Position numbers and translations under genes: made by a program. Of a stretch of DNA of 64,000 nucleotides, positions 1 through 11,700 are shown in pieces. Position 1 is the first letter of the stretch. Every line of letters begins with the position of its first letter. The notes below the pieces were generated by a model. It saw nothing but the letters and a program-made list of their open reading frames with translations, had not been told where the DNA came from and did no database searches. The stretch spans positions 28,646,001-28,710,000 of the forward strand of contig CM059433.1 of assembly GCA_030390025.1 (NCBI GenBank). Reading direction: 5' to 3'. Source of the stretch: Squalus acanthias (Eukaryota).

Positions 1-11
1 TGCCGGGTCCT

Positions 12-98
12 CCACCATCAACATCTTGCGGGGGGGATCATCGCTGACCAGAAGCTGAACTGGACCAGCCATATCAACACCGTGATTAAAACAGCAGG
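12..98 (+). mobile_element. Non-LTR retrotransposon fragment (LINE family B)
   Basis: Resembles 47590-47680 (ccaccatcaacatc...tgacca...aactggaccagcca), which lies just downstream of an RT ORF. Confidence 0.65.
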
Positions 99-149
99 AA
101 CTGCTCACTTATTAGATCACTACAAATAAAATGGTTTTCTACGATGAGA

Positions 150-380
150 ATTAGATAGAATTTACAGCACAGCAACAGGCCATTCGGCCCAACAGGTCCA
201 AGCCAGTGTTCATGCTTCACACGAGCCTCCTCCCACCCCTCTTCATCTCACCCTATCAGCATAACCTTCTATTCCTTTCTCCCTCATGTGTTTATCTAGC
301 TTCCCCTTAAATGCATCTATGCTATTCACCTCAACTACTCCCCGTGGTAGTAAGTTCCATATTCTCCCCACTCTCTGAGT
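150..380 (-). mobile_element. CR1 LINE 3' end
   Basis: Reverse complement of the CR1 3' end also seen at 13845-14078 and 57310-57555. Confidence 0.8.
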
Positions 381-611
381 ATGTATGTAGCTATAGGTTC
401 AAAAGAAAAATACATACAGGATTATCAAATGGATGGATATGAGTGGATAATGCACAAGAAATACAATCACTGGTGCATTATGATCCTTGTCATGAGTACT
501 GTATCCAATTTAAGCTAAATAGGTTTGCCATCTATAGATTAATACAGAGAACACATGCAGGATATGCATGGGTGTCCCACTAAATGCCCTACTTTCCCAA
601 CAAGTAGACAT

Positions 612-1086
612 GAAAGAAAAGAAAGACTTGCATTTATATAGCGCCTTTCACGACCACCGGACGTCTCAAGGCGCTTTACAGCCAATGAAGTACTTTTTTT
701 GAAGTGTAGTCACTGTTGTAATGTGGGAAACGCGGCAGCCAATTTGTGCACAGCAAGCTCCCATAAACAGCCATGTGATAATGACCAGATAATCTGTTTT
801 TGTTATGTGGATTGAGGGATAAATATTGGCCAGGACACTCGGGGAGAACTCCCCTGCTCTTCTTCTAAATAGTGCCGTGGGATCTTTTACGTCCACCTGA
901 GAGAGCAGACGGGGCCTCGGTTTAACGTCTCATCCGAAAGACGGCACCTCCGACAGTGCAGCACTCCCTCAGCATTGCACTGGAGTGTCAGCCTAGCTTT
1001 ATGTGCTCAAGTCCCTGGAGTGGACTTGAACCCACAACCTTCTGACTCAGAGGCAAGTGTGCTACTACACTGAGCCACAGCTGACA
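612..1086 (-). mobile_element. Full-length tRNA-derived SINE, SacSINE1/DeuSINE-like
   Basis: Minus strand has A box TGGCTCAGTG, B box GGTTCAAGTCC, a central body shared with about 10 other copies, and an L2-like tail (GGCGCTATATAAATGCAAGTC). Probable TSD acaagt(a/g)gaca at 600-610 and 1086-1096. Confidence 0.88.
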
Positions 1087-1496
1087 CAAGTGGACAATAC
1101 AACCATGAGTAGATTACAAAGTTGATCTTATTCAAATAAATACTGGGTCCAATCGGATCTTGTCATATTTTTGATCTATACTTTTTTTGTAAGGTAAATT
1201 CAAAAACATGTCTAAAATACAACTTAGCATTTACGTTGCATTGGAGGGCTATGTGCAGCAGAGGGCAGTGTTCAGTGCTTGGATGCCCATTGTTCCGTAC
1301 CCAAACGTCACATCCAATGGCTGTTACTTAGTAGGGCTGTCAGGAGGCATGAAGCATGGTAAAAATTAATTTACTATATTCAATAATTCTCTGCATAATT
1401 CTGGAAACAATTTCCAAAAGTTCAGGTGTGATGTAACAAGTAGAATAATGGAAGGTTCAGATAGACTTCAAATACATTTAGACAAACTGATTTTGA

Positions 1497-1826
1497 AAGA
1501 AAGAATTGACATAGCATGCATTTATATAGCGCCTTTCATGACCTCAGGACATCACAAAGTGCAGCCAATGAAGTTCTTCTGAAGTGTAATCACTGTTGTA
1601 ATGTAGGAAACGCAGCAGCCAATTTGTGCACTGTAAGCTCCCACAAACAGCAATGTAATAATGACCAGATACAGTAATCTGTTTTTCGTAATGCTGGTTG
1701 AGGGTAAATATTGGCCAGGACACCGGGAAGAACTCCCCCGCTCTTCTTCAAAATAGGGGCCATGGGATCTTTTACATCCCCCTGAGAGGGCAGACGGGGC
1801 CTCAGTTTAACGTCTCATCTGAAAGA
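1497..1826 (-). mobile_element. 5'-truncated SacSINE1-like SINE
   Basis: Tail and central body match 612-940. Confidence 0.85.
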
Positions 1827-2189
1827 TCGATCTCTACAATATAATGTGAATATTCTGGCACTCCATGGATGTTACTTGAAACCTAATGTGGAAATGAGTA
1901 CTGGGAACTGGCACCAATACATTCACTGCTGTCACTTGCTATTATAAAAGAAACAAATTAAAAAGCTTGTGAAAATGTCGCCTTCCACACTTCCAGTCTC
2001 GAGCCGTCAGTTCATCAGCCAGAAACTGTATGGATCTGGATGCAAAAAAAAAATCTCCTCAGTTTGGGAAAATATATCCTTATTCCGTTAGGAGAGATTC
2101 AACCTTGGACTGAGTGCTGAATATGAAGAACACACCCATTGACTGGAGTAAGGAAAGGGAGATATTCACTTAAACAATTAAAAAAAAAA

Positions 2190-2575
2190 TCACTCTTAGG
2201 ATGTTAGCGTCGCTGGCATGGCCAGCATTCATTGCCCACTCCTAATTGCCCTTGAAAAGGTGGTGATGGGCCTTCTTTTTGAACCGCTGGTAGCAGTTTG
2301 GTACAGCTGAGTGCCTTGCTAGGGCTCTTTGGAGGGCAGTTAAGAATCAACCATGTTGGTGTGGGACTGGAGTCACATATAGGCCCAGACCGGACAGGTT
2401 TCCTTCCCTAAAGGACATCAGTGAACGGTTGGGTTTTTATGATAGTCCCACAGCTTCATGGTCATTTTTACTGACTCCAGCTCTTTATTTCCAGATTTCT
2501 TTAACTGAATTCAAATTCTCAGTGGTGGCATGATGGGAACTGAACTCACGTTCTCTGGATTATTAGTCCAGGCCT
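2190..2575 (-). mobile_element. SINE with MetaSINE-like core and a tail shared with LINE family B
   Basis: Core ttccttccctaaaggacatcagtgaac...gggtttttat resembles the Meta domain as I recall it. 2190-2290 is the reverse complement of the LINE 3' end at 24060-24160. Confidence 0.6.
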
Positions 2576-2779
2576 TTGCCTGCACCCTGTTATAAATATA
2601 ATAGGAGGTTCAACTCCCAAACTTGAAATTCTCGACTCCAGGAGTAAAATCTCTTATCAATCCCAAACATATTCACGTCCCAGAGATCCCAACCCAACAA
2701 GAACAGTATGTTGCTGCTTTCTGACACAGAACATTTTTCTACATTAAAGGCACTACATAAATGCAAGTTGTTGCTGTAA

Positions 2780-3196
2780 GACTTCAGTTATGTGGAGAGA
2801 TTGGAGAAGCTGGGATTATTCACCTTAGAGCAAAGAAGGCTAAGGGGAGATTTAAATGAAGGGTTTTGATAGAGTATATAAGGAGAAACTGTTTCCAGGG
2901 GCAGAAGGGTCAGCAACCAGATTTAAAGTAATTGGCAAAAGAACCAGAGGGGAGATGAGGAGAATTTTTTTTTACACAGCAAGTTGTTATGATCTGGAAT
3001 GCACTGCCTGAAAGGGTGTTGGAAGTAGATTCAAGAGTAACTTTCAAAAGGGAATTGTATATATGCTTGAAAAGGAAAAATTTGCAGGGCTATGGGGAAA
3101 GAGCGGGGGAGTGGGACTAATTGGATAGTTCTTTCAAAGAGCCAGCACAGACATGATGGGCCGAATGACCTCCTTCTGTGCTGTAAGCTTCTATGA
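2780..3196 (+). mobile_element. CR1 LINE 3' fragment
   Basis: Degenerate ORF2 C-terminus (LEKLGLF.LEQRRLRGD, WNALPE) plus 3' UTR. Confidence 0.8.
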
Positions 3197-3374
3197 TGTG
3201 CTTCTGATTAAGAAATCCATATTCTCAGTTCACACAGTATAACAATCTGGTATGGCATTGCCATCTTCAAATTGGACACCAGTGTCAAATTTCACATTTT
3301 TTGGTATAGTACCATAGATGTACTGAAGAAGATTAATTATGAGCATTAGGCTTGAAATGTTTCGAAGTGACAAT

Positions 3375-4076
3375 GGCCTGGATTTTCTGGGGCCTATGAC
3401 CACGTACGCAGGCCGTAAGTGCTCTGCAAGTTCCGGTTTTCCGTATGTGCTGCACATGCGTGAAAACCCGGAACCTGTGATCTGTGAAGTTTCAGCTTGA
3501 CAGATCATCCGCATCCCCGGGAAATGGACATTTGCTGGCGGAGAGCTGAGCTATTTGTCCAACTACTGCCCAGCGAATGCCCGCGAAACTCTTACGCCTG
3601 GTAAATACAGGCGCGAGGCCTTCTTTTACCAGCGTAAGAGTTTAAATAAATACTAAAATAATTAAAAAAATTATTTAAACATAAAAAACTTTAAAATTAG
3701 TTCTTGGTTATTTTTAACCCCTTTAAAACGTTTACATTTATTTTTCAAAAAAATTAAATTTTAGTTTTAAATGTTTAATTTAATTAATTTTGAACAGGTA
3801 ATGATTTATTTTTATTTAACTGGTGTGTAATTGTGATTTTTAGGGCATTCCTATTCATGCTTATGGGGATTCCGTGCGTAAATGGAACCCCCATAAGCAT
3901 AATGGGGATCCCACTTTTTGATTGGTTGGCCTGGCCCACGTGATCCCAGGGACACATGGACCTTTACGCTGCATACGCGTAGCGGCCCAGGAGCGCGAGT
4001 CTACGAACCTCTGGGACCATCAGGTTGGTTCATACTTTTCTTGCGGTTTGGAGGCACGCGTCCGCAAATTCAGGCC
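3375..4076. mobile_element. Non-autonomous DNA transposon (MITE), Harbinger-like termini
   Basis: Imperfect TIRs GGCCTGGATTTTC / GGCCTGAATTTGC, flanked by caat on both sides. GC-rich ends, AT-rich core, internal hairpin at 3857-3900. Confidence 0.65.
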
Positions 4077-5224
4077 CAATGTACAGTTTTTTTTTACTTT
4101 AAGGAACTGAAAACACTGACCTTAGCCAAAACTCTACCACTGACACAAAGCAAAGGGATTCCCTAGACGGTGCTGACAATTCAACTGCATTCGAGTTACA
4201 TAGTTAGAATCTACAGCACAGGAACAGGCCAATCGGCCCAACTTGTCTATGCCGGTGTTTATGCTCCACACAATCCCTCAATAATTAATCTCATTAAAAG
4301 CCTTCTATAAATGAAATGCAACAGTAAATCAGCCAGAAGCCCTGCACAACAGTCTAAATGATCTTGTTCAGTTGAAATGCGCACACCATAACTTGAATCA
4401 ACAGAAAGGCATTACTCACTCGGTACAATAGCATTACCTACATGTCCATCTGATAATGAAGAATTGTTTTGTTTCGGTGAATTGCTGGCGATACTAACAC
4501 TTTGACTGACTCACAAAATGTTCCCACTGACACTCCTATACTTTAATTCAGAAAAAAAAAATGATGAGGGTTTTATTAAAGAATTACTCAATTGTATGGA
4601 GACCTTGAAACCTCTGATGGGCTAGTAAAAATACTGAAAAGCACATTACATACACCCTTAGTGACTAGCCTAAAAGTAATTAAAATAAAATCTCCTATGG
4701 CTAATTTCAGAAACCTTCCATGAAATCCCACAGATGAATGTGAAACTAGGTGCAATTTAAGTCTTTAGCACATAACCAATCACCGAATGTAGGCTTGCAT
4801 TAGTACTACCCCAGAGACACTCATTTGAAAGTATTTTGTTTTAACACTTTTTCCTTCATCAATTACTTGAATTCAGCTAAATTTTGCTACCATTTAGGAA
4901 TTACAAAGTGCCTGTTTATTACCCAAGATTTAAATATATTTTAACACCAATCTATAACAAAATGATATTGCATTCTACCAATCTTAAGGAAAGCTCCACG
5001 TCACCTGATGCCCATGCACAAGTGAAAATGATTGAAGTGCATTAAATTACCTTTTTCTTTCCTTCTCAGTGTTCAGGCAAGACAACAAGATAGCTACTTT
5101 TCAATCACCTTTTAACTATAGGAAATGGCCATCTATCTCAGCCCTCGTGCCAATGTCGTATCTCCAGATACCCAAGCAAATCTCAAGACAAAAAGAACAG
5201 GTACCCCTGGGCTTACTAATGCTA

Positions 5225-5895
5225 AATGCTAAACCTTCATAAATCACTGGTTAGACCTCAGCGTATTGTGTCCAGTTCTGGGCACCACACTTTAGGAAGG
5301 ATGTCAAGGCCTACTGGGGATGAGGGACTTCAGTTACGTGGAGAGACAAGTGAAGCTGGGATTGTTCTCCTTAGAGCAGAGAAGGTTAAGGAGAGATTTG
5401 ATAGAAATGTACAAAATTATGAGGGGCTTTGATAGAGTAGATAGGGAGAAACTGTTTCCACTGGCAGGAGGGTGGGTAACCAAAGGGCACAGAATTAAAA
5501 TAATTTCCAAAAAAGCCAGGGGGGAGATGAGGAGAAATCTTTTTACTCAGTGAGTTTTTATGATCGAAAATGCATTGCCTGAAAAATTGGTGGAAGCAAA
5601 TTCAATAGTAACTTTGAAAATGGAATTGGATATATACTTAAAAAGGAAAAATTTGCAGGGCTATGGGGAAAGAGCAGGCGAGTGGGACCAATGATCCCTG
5701 GAATTATTTTTGGCGCGGCACGGGTTAAAGTACCACGCATGTGTGATTTTTGCATTGAAAAGCCGGCAAGCCAGCTGCGTGGGTTCCCTGGAGTGCTGTG
5801 CGGCTGTGCCGCTTAAAGGGAACATTGAGTGGGACTAATTCGTAGCTCTTTCAGAAAGTTAGCACAGGCACCAGGAGCTGAATGGCCTCTACTGT
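5225..5895 (+). mobile_element. CR1 LINE 3' fragment interrupted by a hAT MITE
   Basis: ORF 5320-5553 (LGLFSLEQRRLRRDLIEMYKIMRGFDRVD) is the CR1 ORF2 C-terminus. Confidence 0.85.
5689..5827. mobile_element. hAT-type MITE, family 1
   Basis: TIRs CAATGATCCC / GGGAACATTG; perfect 8-bp TSD agtgggac at 5681-5688 and 5828-5835. Confidence 0.85.
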
Positions 5896-5932
5896 CTAAC
5901 CGGTCAATTTGCAGGATAAGGACTCTCATCAT

Positions 5933-6088
5933 GGTGTCAGCTGTGGCTCAGTGGGTAGCACTCTCACCTCTGAGTCAGCAAGATCGTGGGTTCAATCCCA
6001 CTTCCAGTACAACAGTGACAACACTTAAGGCGCTTTGGGACGTCCTGAGGTCGTGAAAGGTGCTATATAAATGCAAGCTCTTTATTTC
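5933..6088 (+). mobile_element. Internally deleted SacSINE1-like SINE (head joined to tail)
   Basis: A and B boxes (tggctcagtgg, ggttcaatccc) joined directly to the tail, with the central body missing. Confidence 0.75.
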
Positions 6089-6305
6089 CATAGTTTAATT
6101 CTCTGAAACTGGCAATTGAAGTGTCCAGTAAGTGTGAAAAGTTCCACTTCTTAGAATCAAAAGTGGCACAAACATCACAAGAAGATGACACTAGAATCAA
6201 GATGAAAGAGAGGACTGACTGCTGCTGCTGCTGATGACTCAGGATGTCTAAAGGTAAGAGAGAGAAACCAGGAAATTATAGACATGTTAGTCTAACATCT
6301 GTTTT

Positions 6306-7640
6306 TACATAGGATTACATAAGATATACAGCACAGAAACAGGCCATTCGGCCCAACCAGTCCATGCCGGCGTTTATGCTCCACTCAAGCCTCCTCCCGT
6401 CTTTCCTCATCTAACTGTATCAGCATAACCCTCTATTCCCTTCTCCCTCATATGCTTGTCTAGCCTCCCCTTAAATGCATCTATACTATTCGCTTCAACC
6501 ACTCCCTGTGGTAGCGAGTTCCACATTCTCACCACTCTTTGGGCTATATAAAGCCCTGGTTAGACCACATCCCGAGTACTGTGTACAGTTCTGGGCACCG
6601 CACCTTAGAAAGGATATATTGGCCTTTGGAAGGAGTGCAGTGCAGATTCACCAGAATGTTACCAGGGCTCCAAGGGTTAGATTATGAGGAGAGGTTACAT
6701 AAACTAGGCTTGTATTCCTTGGAATATAAAAGGTTAAGATGTGGTTTACATAGAAGTTACAACACAGAAACAGGCCATTGGGCCCAACCAGTCCGTGGTG
6801 GTGTTACGTTCCACGTGAACAAATCGTTCTAATCACATTTGCCTGGCCTTGTTCCCATGTCCCTTTATCCTCTTTTCCTTCATCCACCTATCTAATCTAA
6901 TCTGCTTTAGCCGCTCATCTTGGCGTGAATTCCACAGCCACACAACTCTGTGTAAAGAAGTTCCTCATGCTCTCTGTTCCAATTCCCTCCCTAAACCTCT
7001 CCGCCTCGCTCTCCTTTTAAGACTCTCCTTGAAATACACCTATTTGGCCAGCCTTCTAGTCACGCCTCTCCTGCCTGGGCTTGGTGTTGATTTTTGTCTG
7101 GTTGTGCTATATTTTTCAGTGTTAAAGGTGCTGTGTGAATGCATTGTTGCTATTTAACCTTGTATCTATGTGGCATCTTACCTGAACCTGGTTTGTCACC
7201 CTCACCTACTGGAAACAATCTGCTTCTAGCTACCCTGTCCCATCCTTTCAGAATTTTAAACACTTCTATCATTTTCCACCTTCATACATGGCGTTCTAAT
7301 GAAAAAAGCCCTAATTTTTCAAGGATTTCTTCGTATTTGTGTTTCCATATAAACAGGCAGCGTCCTAATGAATCTGCGCTGTAGCCTCTCCAAAGCCTCA
7401 ATATCCTCCCTATGGTGTGCAGCCCAATACTGCACACAGCACTCAGGTCTCACTAAGGTATTATGTGGGCTCATTATTACCTCTTGGCTTTTATATTCTA
7501 TACCTCTTGAGATAAAACCTAGAATTCTATTAGCTTTTTTGTAAGAGTCTTAGCAACCTGAGATGTTGCCATTAATGTCCAGTGTACCTATACCCCAAGT
7601 CCCTCTGCTCTTCCACAGCATCGAGCCTACTTCCATTCAG
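6306..7640. mobile_element. Cluster of CR1 and L2 fragments in both orientations
   Basis: CR1 3' end (-) 6306-6540; CR1 ORF2 piece (+) 6541-6745 ([19 protein letters not shown]); CR1 3' end (-) about 6747-6980; L2 tail (+) about 6981-7155; older CR1 (-) about 7160-7640. Confidence 0.7.
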
Positions 7641-7810
7641 ATTATAATTACTGCTTTTTTTAAAACCAGGATGCAACCAATTTGATTGAGGTTTTTTAGG
7701 ATTTTGAAAGGAATTGATAGGGTCGATAGAGAGAAACTTTTTCCGTTTGTGGGGGAGTCTATGACAAGGGGGAATAACCTTAAAATCAGAGCCAGGCCAT
7801 TCAGGAGAGA

Positions 7811-8026
7811 CAAAAAGAAAATACTGCAGATGCTGGAAATCTGAAATAAAAACAGAGAATGCTGGAGATACTCAGCAGGTCAGGCAGCATCTGTGAAGAG
7901 AGAAACAGAGTTAACATTTCAGGTCGATGAGTTCTGACGAAAGGTCATCGACCTGAAACGTTAACTCTGTTTCTCTCTTCACAGATGCTGCCTGATCTGC
8001 TGTGTATCTCCAGCATTTTCTGTTTT
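7811..8026. mobile_element. Fold-back Penelope pseudo-LTR remnant
   Basis: Inverted arms of the pLTR seen at 14601-14737; 13-bp TSD cattcaggagaga at 7798-7810 and 8027-8039. Confidence 0.8.
7930..7966 (+). ncRNA. Minimal hammerhead ribozyme motif (Penelope-associated)
   Basis: AGUU-CUGACGA-A-AGGUC/auc/GACCU-GAAA-C-GUU-AACU: conserved core boxes, stem I AGUU/AACU, stem II, palindromic stem III. Confidence 0.65.
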
Positions 8027-8780
8027 CATTCAGGAGAGAAGTTAGGGAACACATCTTCACACAAAGGGTGGGAACTGTGGAACTCTCTCCTACAAAAAGG
8101 GTGGATGCTAGCTCAATTAATAATTTAAAATCTGAGATCGATAGATTTTATGCTAGCCAAGAGTATTAAGGGATATAGAACCAGGGCAGGTGGATGGAGT
8201 TAGGACACAGATCAGCCATGATCTCACTGAATGCTGGAACAGGCTCGAGGGACTGAATGGCCTCTTCCTGTTCCTGTGTTCCTATGTCTACAAGGGAAAA
8301 TATGCCACTGTAGTCTTTCATTTCCGGCTTAATTTTCCCCAGAACAAAAGTAAAATACTGCGGATTCTGGAAATCTGAAATAAAACCAGAAATTGCTGGA
8401 AACACTCGGCAGGTTAGGCGGGTGGGAGTGGGCCGGTTAAATTCATCAAAATGGCCAACCCGACCCCAAGCTGCCGCGAACGGGCCCACATCCGGTTTAA
8501 CTGGGGCGGGCTGGGGATCAGGACGAGTAACCTGCTCCTGAGAGGCGGGTCAAGTATTATACTATTTATATCAGGCTGCCTGCCTCAGATTTTAGCAGCC
8601 GTGTGAATTTATGTCGGCAAACCCAGCAGCTGAAAGGAGGCAAGAACTGCCGGATCCAGCAGGTAAGGGCTTTCCAGCAGGATTGCTTCCCCCCTGCCCC
8701 CCAGGCTAACCTGTAATCGCCCTCCCTCTCCGTAATCGGCACTGCAGCCTCCCCACAATATCCCCCCGCCATCTACCCCA

Positions 8781-11700
8781 CCGCGATCTCTGTCCCCTGG
8801 CGATTTCTCCCCGCGATCTCTCTCTCCCCGCGATCTCTCTCCCCGCGTTCTCTCTCCCCGCGATCTCTCTCCCCCTGCGATCTCAATCCCCCTGCGATCT
8901 CTCTCCCCCTGCGATCTCTCTCCCCGCGTTCTCTCTCCCTGCGATCTCTCTCCCCGCGTTCTCTCTCTCCCCGCGATCTCTCTCCCCCGGCGATCTCTCT
9001 CCCCCGGCGATCTCTCTCCCACTGTGATCTCTCTCCCCCTGCGATCTCAATCCCCCTGCGATCTCTCTCCCCGCGTTCTCTCTCCCCGCGTTCTCTCTCC
9101 CTGCGATTTCTCTCCCCGCGTTCTCTCTCTCCCCGCGATCTCTCTCCCCCTGCGATCTCTCCCCCGGCGTTCTCTCTCCCCGCGATCTCTCTCCCCCGGC
9201 GATCTCTCTCCCCCTGCGATCTCTCTCCCCGCGTTCTCTCTCCCCGCGATCTCTCTCCCCCGGCGATCTCTCTCCCCCTGCGATCTCTCTCCCCGTGTTC
9301 TCTCTCCCCCCTGCGTTCTCTCTCCCCGCGATCTCTCTCCCCCGGCGATCTCTCTCCCCCGGCGATCTCTCTCCCCCTGCAATCTCTCTCTCCCCAATCT
9401 CTCTCCCCACGTTCTCTCTCCCTGCGATCTCTCTCCCCCTGCGATCTCTCTCCCCGCGTTCTCTCTCCCCGCGATTTATCTCTCCTGGTGATCTCTCTCC
9501 CCTGCGAACTCTCTCCCCCGCGATCGCTCTCCCCCTGCGATCTCTCTGCCCGCGATCTCTCTCCCCGCGATCTCTCTCCCCCTGCGATCTCGCCCCCGGC
9601 GATCTCTCTCCCCCTGCGATCTCTCTCCCCCGGCGATCTCTCTCCCGGCGATCTCTCCCCCGGCGATCTCTCTCTCCCTGCGATCTCTCTCCCCTGCGAT
9701 CTCTCTCCCCCGACGATCTCTCTCCCCCGCGATCTCTCTCCCCGCGATCTCTCCCCGCAAACTCTCTCCCCGCGATCTCTCTCCCTGCGATCTCTCTCCC
9801 CTGCGATCTCTCTCCCCGCGATCTCTCCCCCGGCGATCTCTCTCCCCCGCGATCTCTCTCACCCGCGATCTCTCCCCCAGCGATCTCTCTCCCCGCGATC
9901 TCTCTCTCCCGGCGAGCTCTCTCCCCGCGATCTCTCTCCCCGCGATCTCTCTCCCCGCGATCTCTCTCCCGGCGATCTCTCTCCTGCGTTCTTTCTCCCC
10001 CGGCGATCTCTCTCCCCCGGCGATCTCTCTCCCCCGGCGATCTCTCTCCCCCGCGATCTCTCTCCCCCTGCGATCTCTCCCCCGGCGATCTCTCTCCCCC
10101 GGCGATCTCTCTCCCCCGGCGATTTCTCTCTCCCGGCGATCTCTCTCCCCCCACGATCTCTCTCCCCCGGCGATCTCTCTCCCCCGCGATCTCACTCCCC
10201 GCGATCTCTCCCCCTGCGATCTCTCTCCCCGCGATCTCTCCCTGGCGATCTCTCCCCCCGCGATCTCCCTCCCCCGGCGATCTCTCTCCCCTGCGATCTC
10301 TCTCCCGGCTATTTGTCTCTCCCGGCGATCTCTCTCCCCACGATCTCTCTCCCCCTGCGATCTCGCTCCCCCGCGATCTCTCTCCCGGCGATCTCTCTCC
10401 CCGCGATCTTTCTCCCGCGATCTCTCTCCCCGCGATCTCTCTCCCGCGATCTCTCTCCCCCGGCGATCTCTCTCCCCGCGTTCTCTCTCCCCGCGATCTC
10501 TCTCCCCCTGCGATCTCTCCCCCGGCGTTCTCTCTCTCCCCGAGATCTCTCTCCCCCTGCGATCTCTCCCCCGGCGTTCTCTCTCCCCGCGATCTCTCTC
10601 CCCCGGCGATCTCTCTCCCCCTGCGATCTCTCTCCCCGCGTTCTCTCTCTCCCCGCGATCTCTCTCCCCCGGCGATCTCTCTCCCCCGGCGATCTCTCTC
10701 CCCCTGCGATCTCTCTCCCCCTGCGATCTCAATCCCCCTGCGATCTCTCTCCCCGCGTTCTCTCTCCCCGCGTTCTCTCTCCCTGCGATCTCTCTCCCCG
10801 CGTTCTCTCTCTCCCCGCGATCTCTCTCCCCCTGCGATCTCTCCCCCCGGCGTTCTCTCTCCCCGCGATCTCTCTCCCCCCGGCGATCTCTCTCCCCCTG
10901 CGATCTCTCTCCCCGCGTTCTCTCTCCCCGCGATCTCTCTCCCCCGGCGATCTCTCTCCCCCTGCGATCTCTCTCCCCGTGTTCTCTCTCCCCCCTGCGT
11001 TCTCTCTCCCCGCGATCTCTCTCCCCCGGCGATCTCTCTCCCCCGGCGATCTCTCTCCCCCTGCAATCTCTCTCCCCCAATCTCTCTCCCCGCGTTCTCT
11101 CTCCCTGCGATCTCTCTCCCCCTGCGATCTCTCTCCCCGCGTTCTCTCTCCCCGCGATTTATCTCTCCTGGTGATCTCTCTCCCCTGCGAACTCTCTCCC
11201 CCGCGATCGCTCTCCCCCTGCGATCTCTCTCCCCGCGATCTCTCTCCCCCTGCGATCTCGCCCCCGGCGATCTCTCTCCCCCTGCGATCTCTCTCCCCCG
11301 GCGATCTCTCCCCCGGCGATCTCTCTCCCCGCGATCTCTCTCCCCCGGCGATCTCTCTCCCCCGCGATCTCTCTCCCCCTGCGATCTCTCTCCCCCGGCG
11401 ATCTCTCCCCCGGCGATCTCTCTCCCCGCGATCTCTCTCCCCCGGCGATCTCTCTCCCCCGCGATCTCTCTCCCCGCGATCTCTCTCTCCCGGCGATCTC
11501 TCTCCCTGCGATCTCTCTCCCCCGGCGATCTCTCTCCCCCGGCGATCTCTCTCCCCCTGCGATCTCTCTCCCCCTGCGATCTCAATCCCCCTGCGATCTC
11601 TCTCCCCGCGTTCTCTCTCCCCGCGTTCTCTCTCCCTGCGATCTCTCTCCCCGCGTTCTCTCTCTCCCCGCGATCTCTCTCCCCCTGCGATCTCTCCCCC

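Larger units (their letters stand above)
7685..8288 (+). mobile_element. CR1 LINE 3' end interrupted by a Penelope remnant
   Basis: Matches CR1 ends at 28500-28890 and 58025-58384; terminal ttcctatgt repeat. Confidence 0.8.
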
